Shown piece after piece: positions 50,765-59,407 of a DNA stretch of 64,000 nt. Source of the stretch: Macrostomum lignano (taxonomy: Eukaryota). Under the pieces are notes generated by a model. That model was given only the letters and a program-made list of their open reading frames with translations. It was not told the DNA's origin and made no database searches. Positions within the stretch are counted from its first letter, which is position 1. Every line of letters begins with the position of its first letter. The position numbers were made by a program, and so were the translations under genes. The stretch is taken from positions 7,381 to 71,380 of the forward strand of contig NIVC01003887.1 in assembly GCA_002269645.1 (NCBI GenBank), written 5' to 3'.

Positions 50765-51532
50765 ATGGACATCGGCGAAGGATATAAACTCCAAATACAG
50801 GAGTATGAAGGAGTTATGTTCATTGCTATCAGAAAATTTTACCGACATGGCAGCACTGCGAGTTTGAAACCTGGAGTCCCCGGCTTCAATTTGAACATCC
50901 GTCAGTGGGAGAAGCTCAAGGAGTTGAAGCGATCGCTTGTCAAGGCGGCCTTGGACAAACAGCCAAAGGTTGTCAAACTCGGCTTCGATAAGTTCATCGA
51001 AGTGAAAAACGGCATTATCTGGTTAAAGCGATTGCCGGAGGACTGCTGCGACGAGTTTCTTAAGCGGAACACCGTGCTGCTGACACCGCCGCTGTGGCGA
51101 AAGCTGTGGCAGTACGCGGATTGGATCGACGAGCAGCTATCGGCTCCACGTGAGATTTCCGATGTATACGAGCTGGAGTCGGGATCTTCCTCCAACAGCA
51201 TCGAAAATGAAGACGGTGCTGGCGAAAACGCGGAAGAGACCAAGCCGGTAGTGAAGGCGGAGGACGATGCTCCTGCTGCTGCTGGCGATGTGGCTGGCAT
51301 GCCATCCAATCTGCAAATCGACACAGCGTTTGCCACTTCAACGCCTCTGCAACTGACCAAGCCAGCAGCTGGAGCGATTCCTCGGCAGGACACTGATCTG
51401 CAAGAGGACCCAGTCTGGTACCAGTTCCGAGCTCAAGCAGCCGCCGCTGAGAACGCCAGGAAACGCAAGCAGCCGCCGTTCGCTCTGCGCAGATTGGACG
51501 CCATGAAGCTGCCCAGGCCGTGCTTCGACTGA
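50765..51532 (+). CDS. PC4 (p15/Sub1)-like ssDNA-binding/coactivator protein, possibly with a second degenerate PC4 unit and an acidic tail
   Basis: FIAIRKFY..LKPG..GFNLNIRQWEKLKE matches PC4 [28 protein letters not shown]. Confidence 0.8.
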   Translation: MDIGEGYKLQIQEYEGVMFIAIRKFYRHGSTASLKPGVPGFNLNIRQWEKLKELKRSLVKAALDKQPKVVKLGFDKFIEVKNGIIWLKRLPEDCCDEFLKRNTVLLTPPLWRKLWQYADWIDEQLSAPREISDVYELESGSSSNSIENEDGAGENAEETKPVVKAEDDAPAAAGDVAGMPSNLQIDTAFATSTPLQLTKPAAGAIPRQDTDLQEDPVWYQFRAQAAAAENARKRKQPPFALRRLDAMKLPRPCFD

Positions 51533-51611
51533 TTGCAGACCCTCTGACATTGAGACAAACTCTGTGCTACGAGCTTTTTATCCAGACCTGCTTTCCATCT
51601 CTTTGTTTGAA

Positions 51612-51617
51612 AATAAA
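51612..51617 (+). terminator. AATAAA polyadenylation signal after the PC4-like gene
   Basis: 80 nt after the stop codon, followed by T-rich sequence. Confidence 0.5.
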
Positions 51618-51696
51618 AAATATATGCTTGCTTTCACATGCGCTATACATTTTCAATGTCTTAAGAAAACCTAAAAATGTTTCTTTGTTTCTGAAA

Positions 51697-52763
51697 ATGG
51701 AAAAAATTTATTTCAATCCAAATCAGCCTGCGAGCTATTGCAGTTCTTCAAAACTGCAACATGAACTGCGAAAAAGAGGCGAGCATATTGGAGTCAAGAG
51801 CATTGAGCAGTGGCTAAGTCAGCAGCCAGTACACACTCTGCATAAGCCAGCTAGAGTACGATTTCCAAGGGCGCCAATAATAGTGAGGGCCATTGATGAT
51901 CAGTGGGAGATGGATCTGGTGGAAATGATTCCGTTTGCAAAGTATAATCGCGGGCATAAATACATTCTCACCTGCATTGATGTTTTATCTAAATTTGCAA
52001 TGGCCGAGCACTGAAGTCTAAGAGCGCGGCAGAAGTGAAATCTGCGTTTGAGAGCATGCTGAAGAGCTCAAAGCGGCAGCCGCGGACTGTCCGCACAGAT
52101 CAGGGAAAGGAGTTTGTCAACGCAATTTTTCGCCAGTTCTGCATAGACCGGGGGATTCTGGCGTTTCCAACTAGCAGTGAGCACAAAGCAGCCATAATTG
52201 AAAGATGGAATCGAACTTTAAAAAGCAAGATGTGGCGTTACTTTACTCACAACAGCACTCTACAATGGCTTGATGTGCTGCCTAAACTGGTCAAGTCCTA
52301 TAACAATACTTTCCACAGAAGCATCAAGACTACACCAATGAATGTCAGCAAAGCAAACGAGACTGAAGTGTGGATGAACCTTTATGATGGGAAAGCGATT
52401 GAGACAGTTGAGAAACTGAGAAAACCGAAGTTCTGTGAAAACCAATCAGTGCGGATTTCCAATGCACCCAGACTCTTCAGGAAGGGATACAAGGCGAACT
52501 GGAGCGAAGAGGTGTACACCATAGTGTCTAGGGCACCAAAGCATTATCCCTACATGTACAGGATTCGAGACATGAAGGGGGAAGACATAAGAGGCCTCTT
52601 CCACGAGCATGAGCTGCAAGCTGTTCCGGACTCGCAGCGGCTGTATGTAATCGAGAAGGTTCTGAAGACTGAGAAGCGGAAGGGTAAGATCCGATATCTC
52701 GTCAAGTGGGCCGGCTACAAGTCCACTGACTGGGTGGATGAGAAGGACTTAAGAAAAGTGTAA
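51697..52763 (+). CDS. int: Polinton retroviral-like (DDE) integrase with C-terminal chromodomain; one 1-nt frameshift near 52007
   Basis: QWEMDLVEM..IDVLSKF, then in the -1 frame (P)LKSKSA..TDQGKEF..KAAIIERWNRTLK; C-terminal YVIEKVLK..YLVKWAGY chromodomain. Confidence 0.92.
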
Positions 52764-52793
52764 GATACCGACATTGTGCAGCCATTCCCAACT

Positions 52794-53603
52794 ATGAGAA
52801 GCATCATCATTTGTAGCGAAAATGCTGAAGGTACTCCTAGTGACTTTCATTTTCACCTGCCTTCATCTATTTACTTGGATCGAAATGTGGACTATGAGGC
52901 AGGTCTGGCTGAAATCCATCTGCCTGCTGCATGGTTCAATGTTGACGAGCCTTACTGCTTCACTGTCTCAGATGGAAGAGAGCATGAGGCCCTGGTTCTT
53001 CAACCCGGACGCTTTGCTAGAGTGGAGGAACTGGTGGAACGCCTGAATGAGCTGCTGGCCAACTCTGAGTCACTGTTCTTCGATGCAATGAGCGAAAGGG
53101 AGTCTGAAATGGAAGCTGATGAGTCCGGTTTAATGGGGCAGAGCAGCGCTAGAGATATTGGCATAAAGTTTGAAATCCAAGAGTTGAGAACAGTAGTGCT
53201 CAACAACACGGCTCGAGCAGAATTGTTCCTTCCATCAAGTAAAATTCTGCAGTGGCTGGGATTCGGAAACCAGCCTGTGAAGATCCCACCCGGACGGCAA
53301 GTGTCACTCTGCTGCATCGGTTGTCCGCCCACCAACCTGATCAACTTGCACTGCAGCATTGTGGAGCGAACAAACTGTAACTGGAACTCCGTGCTGCGAA
53401 CTGTGAGCATGTCATCCGATGTCGAATGGGGCAGCTACATGAGCAAAGTGTTTAAGAAAGCAATTTTCTTCCCGATTCAGAAAGCTAATTTTCTATATGG
53501 CATTAGATTTCAACTGCGTGACATCTTTGGCTACTCACTGACTGCTCGGAGCAGCAGCCCTGTTCTGCTCACAGTTCATATTCGGGAAAGGCTAATACAA
53601 TGA
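52794..53603 (+). CDS. Minor capsid (penton-like, single jelly-roll) protein
   Basis: SDFHFHLPSSIYL..YEAGLAEIHLPAAWFNV; C-terminal LRTV..FQLRDIFG..VLLTVH pattern; position within the virion block. Confidence 0.75.
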   Translation: MRSIIICSENAEGTPSDFHFHLPSSIYLDRNVDYEAGLAEIHLPAAWFNVDEPYCFTVSDGREHEALVLQPGRFARVEELVERLNELLANSESLFFDAMSERESEMEADESGLMGQSSARDIGIKFEIQELRTVVLNNTARAELFLPSSKILQWLGFGNQPVKIPPGRQVSLCCIGCPPTNLINLHCSIVERTNCNWNSVLRTVSMSSDVEWGSYMSKVFKKAIFFPIQKANFLYGIRFQLRDIFGYSLTARSSSPVLLTVHIRERLIQ

Positions 53604-54010
53604 ACTACCAACAGCTGATTCGTCAGTATTCAGGGACTCTGGCAGGAAGCCAAAAGCCGGCGCTCTATGGCTGTGGGAGTTTTCCAGGAATCATGACTTA
53701 CCAGCCTCCTCCAGAAGCTTCCACAAAGTCAATATCGCTATCAAAGCCAGCCCATACCACCGCCAGCGGTAGCAGCAGCAACAGCAGAAGCAATAGAAAC
53801 AGACCAAAGCAGCGACTAGTCAAACAGGGCAGTAAGAAGCAGACAAAAAAGAAGAAAAAGAGTAAGACGGAGAAATCACCGAAAAGAAGCCAGTCAGGGC
53901 GAAATAAACCTAAGAAAGGGAGGTCTAAAACTCAAAGCAAGAAAACAGGCAAAGGAAAGCAAAAAGTGAGCAAAAAGACTGTGAAACGTGTTCTGGACTC
54001 GCTCTCATAG
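53600..54010 (+). CDS. Small, highly basic protein (putative core/DNA-condensing protein)
   Basis: K/R/S-rich C-terminal two thirds; N-terminal YGCG motif; ATGA overlap with the upstream stop codon. Confidence 0.6.
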   Translation: MNYQQLIRQYSGTLAGSQKPALYGCGSFPGIMTYQPPPEASTKSISLSKPAHTTASGSSSNSRSNRNRPKQRLVKQGSKKQTKKKKKSKTEKSPKRSQSGRNKPKKGRSKTQSKKTGKGKQKVSKKTVKRVLDSLS

Positions 54011-54012
54011 CA

Positions 54013-55294
54013 ATGGCTTACGGATTCAACCCGAGACTCGATTTGTTCAAGTCCCCCATGCTGCAGACTGCCATTGAAAAATCCACATATGTTGATATTC
54101 ACCCCGTGAACTCTATTGTACTAACTCACCTATTGAATTCGACTGTCATCCATCGGCTGATGAGTACACTGATCTGCTGAGCTCATTCCTGTATATTCGC
54201 TGTCGCCTAGTCCGGCTTGGCGGGGCTTTGATGAGGGAGGAGGTTCGAAATGCCGATGGAGTTGTCACTGAGCGCAGAGACAGTGGGGTGCACCCAGAAA
54301 ACTTTGTCCTGTCTACGGCATTCTCAGATGTAATCGTGAGCATCAACCAGCGCATTGTCTCAGGCGGAGACCAGCTCTACCCCTACCATGCCTACCTAAA
54401 AGCTCTCATGGGCTCATCCGATGCTCAGCAGTTAAAGTTCTACCCCGCCGGATTCCTGGAACCCGAAACTGCTGCTGAGGGGCATGTCGAGAGACACAGG
54501 GAGTCCCGCTGGGTGGAGTATGCGGGACCGCTGCTCAGCGACATCTTCCAGTGTCCTGTTCTGCTGCTGAACAATTTACACCTGCACATCAAGCTGATGC
54601 CCAGCGATACTGCATTCGCCATCGAACCCCAGATGAGAACAACACAGCCTACCGAATGGAAATCTCCCACTGCATTCTGAACCTGCGCCGAGTCAAAGTG
54701 GCGCCTCACATCAGCCTGGCGCATGAGCAGGGACTTACCAATCAGAACGCACTTTACCCCATCGAGCGAACCGAAATGCAAAACTTTATTCTACCCCAGG
54801 GAATTCAGTCAAAAAACATTGAAGGATTCACCCATGGCAAACTGCCGAAGTTCGTTATGCTGGTCTTCGTGAACCACCGAGCCTTCAATGGCCATCACCA
54901 TTCCAGCCCCTTCGAGTTCCAGAGCTTCAACCTCAGCCAGCTAGCACTAAAGAAAGGTGGTGAAGCCATGTGCCACGCTGCATTTGCACCTGAGAATAAT
55001 TCATTCGTGAGAGAGTACTTGCACTACCTGAAAAGCTGTCAGTCAGCCAGCCCTAGCAACTCGGTTCCGTGGGTCCCCTACCAGTTGTTCTCCAACGGCA
55101 ACACAGCTTTCGCATTCGATCTCACGCCTGAGGGAGCGGCCCTGTGGTACGGACAGAAGGAGGGCAATTTGCGGCTGGAGATTCGCTTCCGACAGGCCCT
55201 GGAGGAGCCTGTATCTCTGATTGTTATGTGCCTGTATGACTCACTGATTGAGGTCACCAAGCACAGGGAGATTCTGTTAGATTTTCCATCCTAG
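54013..55294 (+). CDS. Major capsid protein (double jelly-roll); two 1-nt frameshifts near 54118 and 54627
   Basis: LDLFKSPMLQTAIEKSTYVDIHPVNS..PIEF..YTDL..LYPYHAYL..GPLLSDIFQ..LLNNL..YPIER..GKLPKFVMLVFV..FNG..PFEFQ..GNTAFAFDLTP..GNLRLEIRF. Confidence 0.88.
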
Positions 55295-55317
55295 GAGTAC
55301 GCTGGCGCAACGCTAAT

Positions 55318-55836
55318 ATGGATGCTTTTCAACTGCTTAAACTGGCTAAAAGCTTTTTGCCACAAAATAACTGTTTAATTATTGTCTTGAATTCAATAAA
55401 TAAAACATCTTATGCTTTAAACTTTATTCAGCGAGCAACTCTCAAAAGAAATTTATCTCGATGTAAGTTGATTTTCTTTCTGCTTCAGTACAGCTCATCC
55501 TTCGGTCACTGGGTGGTTTGTTATGCTGATAAGGAGAATACCATAGAACTCTTTAACTCTCTGGGCTGGGACTCCAGCACTTTAGAGATCATTCACAGAG
55601 CACTGAAATCCTTTTGGTATTCTCCATTCTACTTACGTAGCAATGTGAATCGAATTCAGAGCTGTGACTCTGCTAAATGCGGTTTGTTCTGTCTCTTGTT
55701 TGCCTATCAAAAGTTTCGTTTCAAGCGCTCGTTTGAGTGGGTTCTGCGGCACCTCCATGCAAATCAGCAGAGCCACTTGAATGAGAGAATGCTGCAAAGG
55801 TTTGAGAGTTGCTTAAGAAAAAAGAAATTTAATTAG
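55318..55836 (+). CDS. Adenain-like cysteine (maturation) protease
   Basis: GHW catalytic His, ELFNSLG, IQSCDSAKCGLFC (oxyanion Gln and catalytic Cys). Confidence 0.85.
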   Translation: MDAFQLLKLAKSFLPQNNCLIIVLNSINKTSYALNFIQRATLKRNLSRCKLIFFLLQYSSSFGHWVVCYADKENTIELFNSLGWDSSTLEIIHRALKSFWYSPFYLRSNVNRIQSCDSAKCGLFCLLFAYQKFRFKRSFEWVLRHLHANQQSHLNERMLQRFESCLRKKKFN

Positions 55837-55869
55837 ACTTTCAAAATTAGGGATTTAGCTCAACAGGCG

Positions 55870-56523
55870 ATGGAAACACGTGAGCGGATAAACTGTTATG
55901 ATGTGCGCCTGCGACAGGGAAGCTGCATGATTGTCAGCGGGCCTACAAATGCAGGAAAGACAACCTTCGTGAAACATCTGATACAATACAAGGATGTCCT
56001 GTTTGATGTGAAGCCTGGGAGAGTTCTGTGGTACTACGGGATTTCACAAGCAGCACACTCTGAGCTCAGCAGTCTCGGCGTGCACCTGCAGCAGGGATTT
56101 CCCAGCAGTATCGAGACCGCACTGAGACCCAATGACCTGGTTGTATTTGATGACCTGATTGAAGAAACTTCCAATTCTGCTGCAATGCGAAATGTTTTCA
56201 CTGGAATTGCCCATCATTTGCCCTGCTTTCTGGTTATGCTCACCCAAAATGTATTTTTTAAAGGGAAGGAGTTGCGAACAATGAGTCTGAATGCGATGTA
56301 CTTTGTGATCATGAAGAACCCCAGAGACCAGCTGCAGATTGCAGCGCTGGGCAGGCAGTGCTTTGCTGAGAAGCCCGGATTTCTGCTGTCAGTGTTCAAG
56401 CACGTGACATCGCACGGCAGGGGAGCCTACCTGCTCCTGGATTTTCACCCTTCCACCCCTGATGAGCTGCGGGTCCGGGCTCGAATCCTGCCCAATCAGC
56501 GACCCCACCTGGTTTACACTTAA
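55870..56523 (+). CDS. A32/FtsK-HerA-like genome packaging ATPase
   Basis: Walker A GPTNAGKT, Walker B LVVFDD, TQNVF and RTMSLNAMYF motifs. Confidence 0.93.
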   Translation: METRERINCYDVRLRQGSCMIVSGPTNAGKTTFVKHLIQYKDVLFDVKPGRVLWYYGISQAAHSELSSLGVHLQQGFPSSIETALRPNDLVVFDDLIEETSNSAAMRNVFTGIAHHLPCFLVMLTQNVFFKGKELRTMSLNAMYFVIMKNPRDQLQIAALGRQCFAEKPGFLLSVFKHVTSHGRGAYLLLDFHPSTPDELRVRARILPNQRPHLVYT

Positions 56524-56540
56524 GAATAACAGCCGAGATT

Positions 56541-56888
56541 TTGGCATTTGTTCTATATTCTGCAACACTAATGATAATGGAAACATTTGACTCTCATGAA
56601 AGTTTGTTTGATGTTCTCGCGTCACCGAAATATTCCATCAGCTTTAAACGTCTGTTGATCAGAGCGGGTCCAAAAGCCGTACGTGAATTTCTCATTGAGG
56701 CCTGCTACAACCTATTGCAAAACACTCTGTCGTTCTCACTCACTCAAAAGGCAGCGCTGGTGAAGCAAAAGCAAATAATCCGCAAAATTTCTACACATAG
56801 AAGAACTGCGGATCTGCTAAATACGGGTTTTATCAAAATTCTCTACATTCTAATAAAGCTAGTGAAGAAAAAGAAGCAAAATGAATAA
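56541..56888 (+). CDS. Small conserved Polinton-type hypothetical protein
   Basis: EACYNLLQNTLSFSLTQKAALVKQKQIIRKI..TGF resembles the small basic ORF usually next to the Polinton ATPase (recalled pattern). Start uncertain (TTG 56541 or ATG 56571). Confidence 0.55.
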   Translation: MAFVLYSATLMIMETFDSHESLFDVLASPKYSISFKRLLIRAGPKAVREFLIEACYNLLQNTLSFSLTQKAALVKQKQIIRKISTHRRTADLLNTGFIKILYILIKLVKKKKQNE

Positions 56889-57602
56889 GTTCTCAGAAAT
56901 GGTTCTGATCCCCAAGTCAGAGTACGACATGCTCACACAGAATTTGAAGCCAGTCGAGTCTGAAATGGACACTGCTGTGAGATATGCGCAGAGGAAATGC
57001 AATGATATTTTGCTTGCCGAGGATTGCCCAGACGATGTGAAAGCTGCCATGTACCATGATGCGATGAAGAGTTTGCTGGCCAAGCGCAAGCGGACTGGAA
57101 AGGATGGTGCGGTACCTGCGAGTGATGCAAAGATGCTGAAAACAGATATTGCACCAAGCAGCTGGGGGGAAAAGATCACCCAATCCGTGCCGCAGAAGTT
57201 TAAAGCGAGAGCCCGCAGTCTATGGGCCATCCTATCTGGCAATCCTCTCTGATTCGGGTGTCCGAAAATGGCGAGGCGCAAATTTCTGGGAAGACAATAC
57301 CCTCCTCAAACATCCTGGATTTGTTTCACAGTGCGGTGAGGGATTCGAAATGTGCCAGCGAGCCGGTAGGCTGGAGTGAGTTTGTCTCATTGCTTCAAGA
57401 CAAAAAGCTTAACATCCCAGCTTCGGCTATAGGAAAGTCAGTAAGGCAGCTAATTTCTAAACCGGCTGTTTCTCCAGAGGCCACCCCTGCACATCATACA
57501 GTTAAGGGATTCGGGAGTGGGAGAGCCTGGCTACACCTGAGCAGGAAAAAAAACTATTTAAGAAGGGGAACTGAGTCGGCTTCCCGACATCTTGCGTCTT
57601 GA
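56881..57602 (+). CDS. Conserved Polinton hypothetical protein; one 1-nt frameshift near 57246
   Basis: KMVLIP-like start (EMVLIP); KARARSL..NGEAQISGKTIPSSNILDL..PVGWSEF..LNIP pattern, split across ORFs 56881-57252 and 57222-57602. Confidence 0.7.
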
Positions 57603-57614
57603 AACCATCCGATC

Positions 57615-58460
57615 ATGAACTATATTGACTTCCAAGGCTTCCCACGCGAGAGATCGAGCAGAGATTTCGTTGTGAAGGAGCTGGCCATTGCCCAAGTCCG
57701 GGCTGGCAGTTACCATATCACTCATCACGTGTACGCCTCTCCGTTCTCATGGGACAGAATCTCACCTGAGATGCAAGTACATTACAGAAAGCTCTCAAAG
57801 AATTTGCATCATTTCAAGTGGACAGATGGATCCCGACCGTACATGCATTTGGCTAATGACATTCTAAACATTGCTTACGGTCCCACCTGGACAAGCGGGG
57901 TGAAAAAGTCCATCTTTCTGACTGAGCTGCTTGGCAGACAGGTGTACAACCTAGAGGATCTGGGATCACCTTTGATTCAAGCATCTGATACTGGTTGTGC
58001 AGTGAAAAATGTATTACTGTACTACAACTGGCTGAAACCGAAGTTCTGTATCAACTTAAGAAGCGAGGTGTGCCCGCACCACTCAAAAGCTCGCAAAGAC
58101 AGCACCACTGACAGAAAGGACTCTCTAAATGAGTACACCTGCGACAGCCCTGCGAGTGACCAATCTGGTCGGCGGCGTGGATCTGAGACTTGCTGGAGAC
58201 AGGGGTGCCCAGTTGCCTCTGCGGGAACTGGCTCTCAGCATGGCTCATGTCATCTATCGCCCCGTCTGGCCCCGAGTGCTTATCAAGAGGATGCGGAGTC
58301 CCAGAGTGACTCTATTGCTCTATCCGACTGGACAACTGAGTATCTGTGGCGCCCGGAGCTACTCGGCCTCAGTCAGGGCCGCTCGTCGCTTCGTGGCTAT
58401 GCTGCATCGCAGAGTGCCTGCTCAACTGCTGCCTCATCAAACTGTGCATGTGCGGATTAA
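57615..58460 (+). CDS. DEDD/DnaQ-fold exonuclease-like protein (domain in the first ~140 aa; the extension overlapping the TBP-like gene may be a frameshift artefact)
   Basis: IDFQGF..FVVKELA..W.DG..Y..G..K..FL..VYNLEDLG..CAVKNV..WL pattern. Confidence 0.62.
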   Translation: MNYIDFQGFPRERSSRDFVVKELAIAQVRAGSYHITHHVYASPFSWDRISPEMQVHYRKLSKNLHHFKWTDGSRPYMHLANDILNIAYGPTWTSGVKKSIFLTELLGRQVYNLEDLGSPLIQASDTGCAVKNVLLYYNWLKPKFCINLRSEVCPHHSKARKDSTTDRKDSLNEYTCDSPASDQSGRRRGSETCWRQGCPVASAGTGSQHGSCHLSPRLAPSAYQEDAESQSDSIALSDWTTEYLWRPELLGLSQGRSSLRGYAASQSACSTAASSNCACAD

Positions 58461-58691
58461 AACTATTACTGCGCATGGGAAAATTGACTTGTGCAGAGCA
58501 CTTCCCCTCGCTAATCTTGTGAACACTTTACCAAATGCTCAATATGAGCCAGAATCATTTTCTGCTTTATCTGCAAACTAAGCTTCTGCAAATGCCTGCT
58601 TTTTCACAATGGCTCATTTGTTCTCAGTGGTGCAAAAACAATGAGCATGCTAATTTCCGACTTTTCCTTGCTTGTCCGTTTTCTGTGCTAA
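58129..58691 (+). CDS. TATA-binding-protein (TBP)-like protein, core only, about 187 aa after repairing a 1-nt deletion near 58569
   Basis: Repeat 1: VTNLVG..L..IYRP..MRSPRVTLLLYPTGQLSICGARS..AARRF. Repeat 2: L..YEPESFSAL, then in the -1 frame (I)CK..CLLFHNGSFVLSGAKT. Colinear with TBP LQNIV..[23 protein letters not shown]..AARKY / YEPELFPGL..LLIFVSGKVVLTGAK. Confidence 0.88.
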
Positions 58692-58716
58692 TAATAACCA
58701 TATGTTTCAACAATTA

Positions 58717-58722
58717 AATAAA
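58717..58722 (+). terminator. AATAAA polyadenylation signal closing the plus-strand gene block
   Basis: 26 nt after the repaired TBP-like stop, at the start of a ~700-nt AT-rich gap between converging transcription units. Confidence 0.55.
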
Positions 58723-59407
58723 AAGACGACAGCTGAACAAAAATATAATAATCTTGCATGCATATACCACGTATTAAGATGCGTGCATTTTAATCAATAT
58801 ACCTGAAAATCAGACTTCGATCGACTTTTTCTTTATTTTCATAACTGAAATCGCAATATTAGTTTGAGTATAGAAAATTTAATCAGACCACAACCAACTC
58901 AAGAAAAAAAGCACACCCATCACTCAGATTATGCACTGCTAAGACAAATAAAAACGAACAAGAACTAGCAGAAATGAAAAAGGAAGCCAATATTTTTCAG
59001 ATAATCATTGGATAATGGTTACAAAAAATATGAGTAGCAAAGCTAGCAAAGATAAAAAAGGACAGTAACTCAGTTCATTCAATTGTGCAAAAATTCAAGG
59101 ATAGTAAAAAAGAGGAAAGCCAGACCAATATGCGCAAATTATTCCAACATGGCTTTCACAAGTTCGTATTGAAATAAATCTGGAACAACTCAACTCGAAA
59201 ATGTTACGTTCAGTTAGTTGCTTAGAGACTACAAATATGTAACTAACTGAATTGGCTCTATTCGTTCCAGCATTGTCATTATCATCATCATCCATCATTA
59301 TCATCATCATCATCATTCAGATTAATTAAACCACTGAAACAATTCATGGAGTACATAAGTAAAAGTCAATAAATTTCAACGCCAAGGTTACACAGATGTG
59401 CAAAGCA

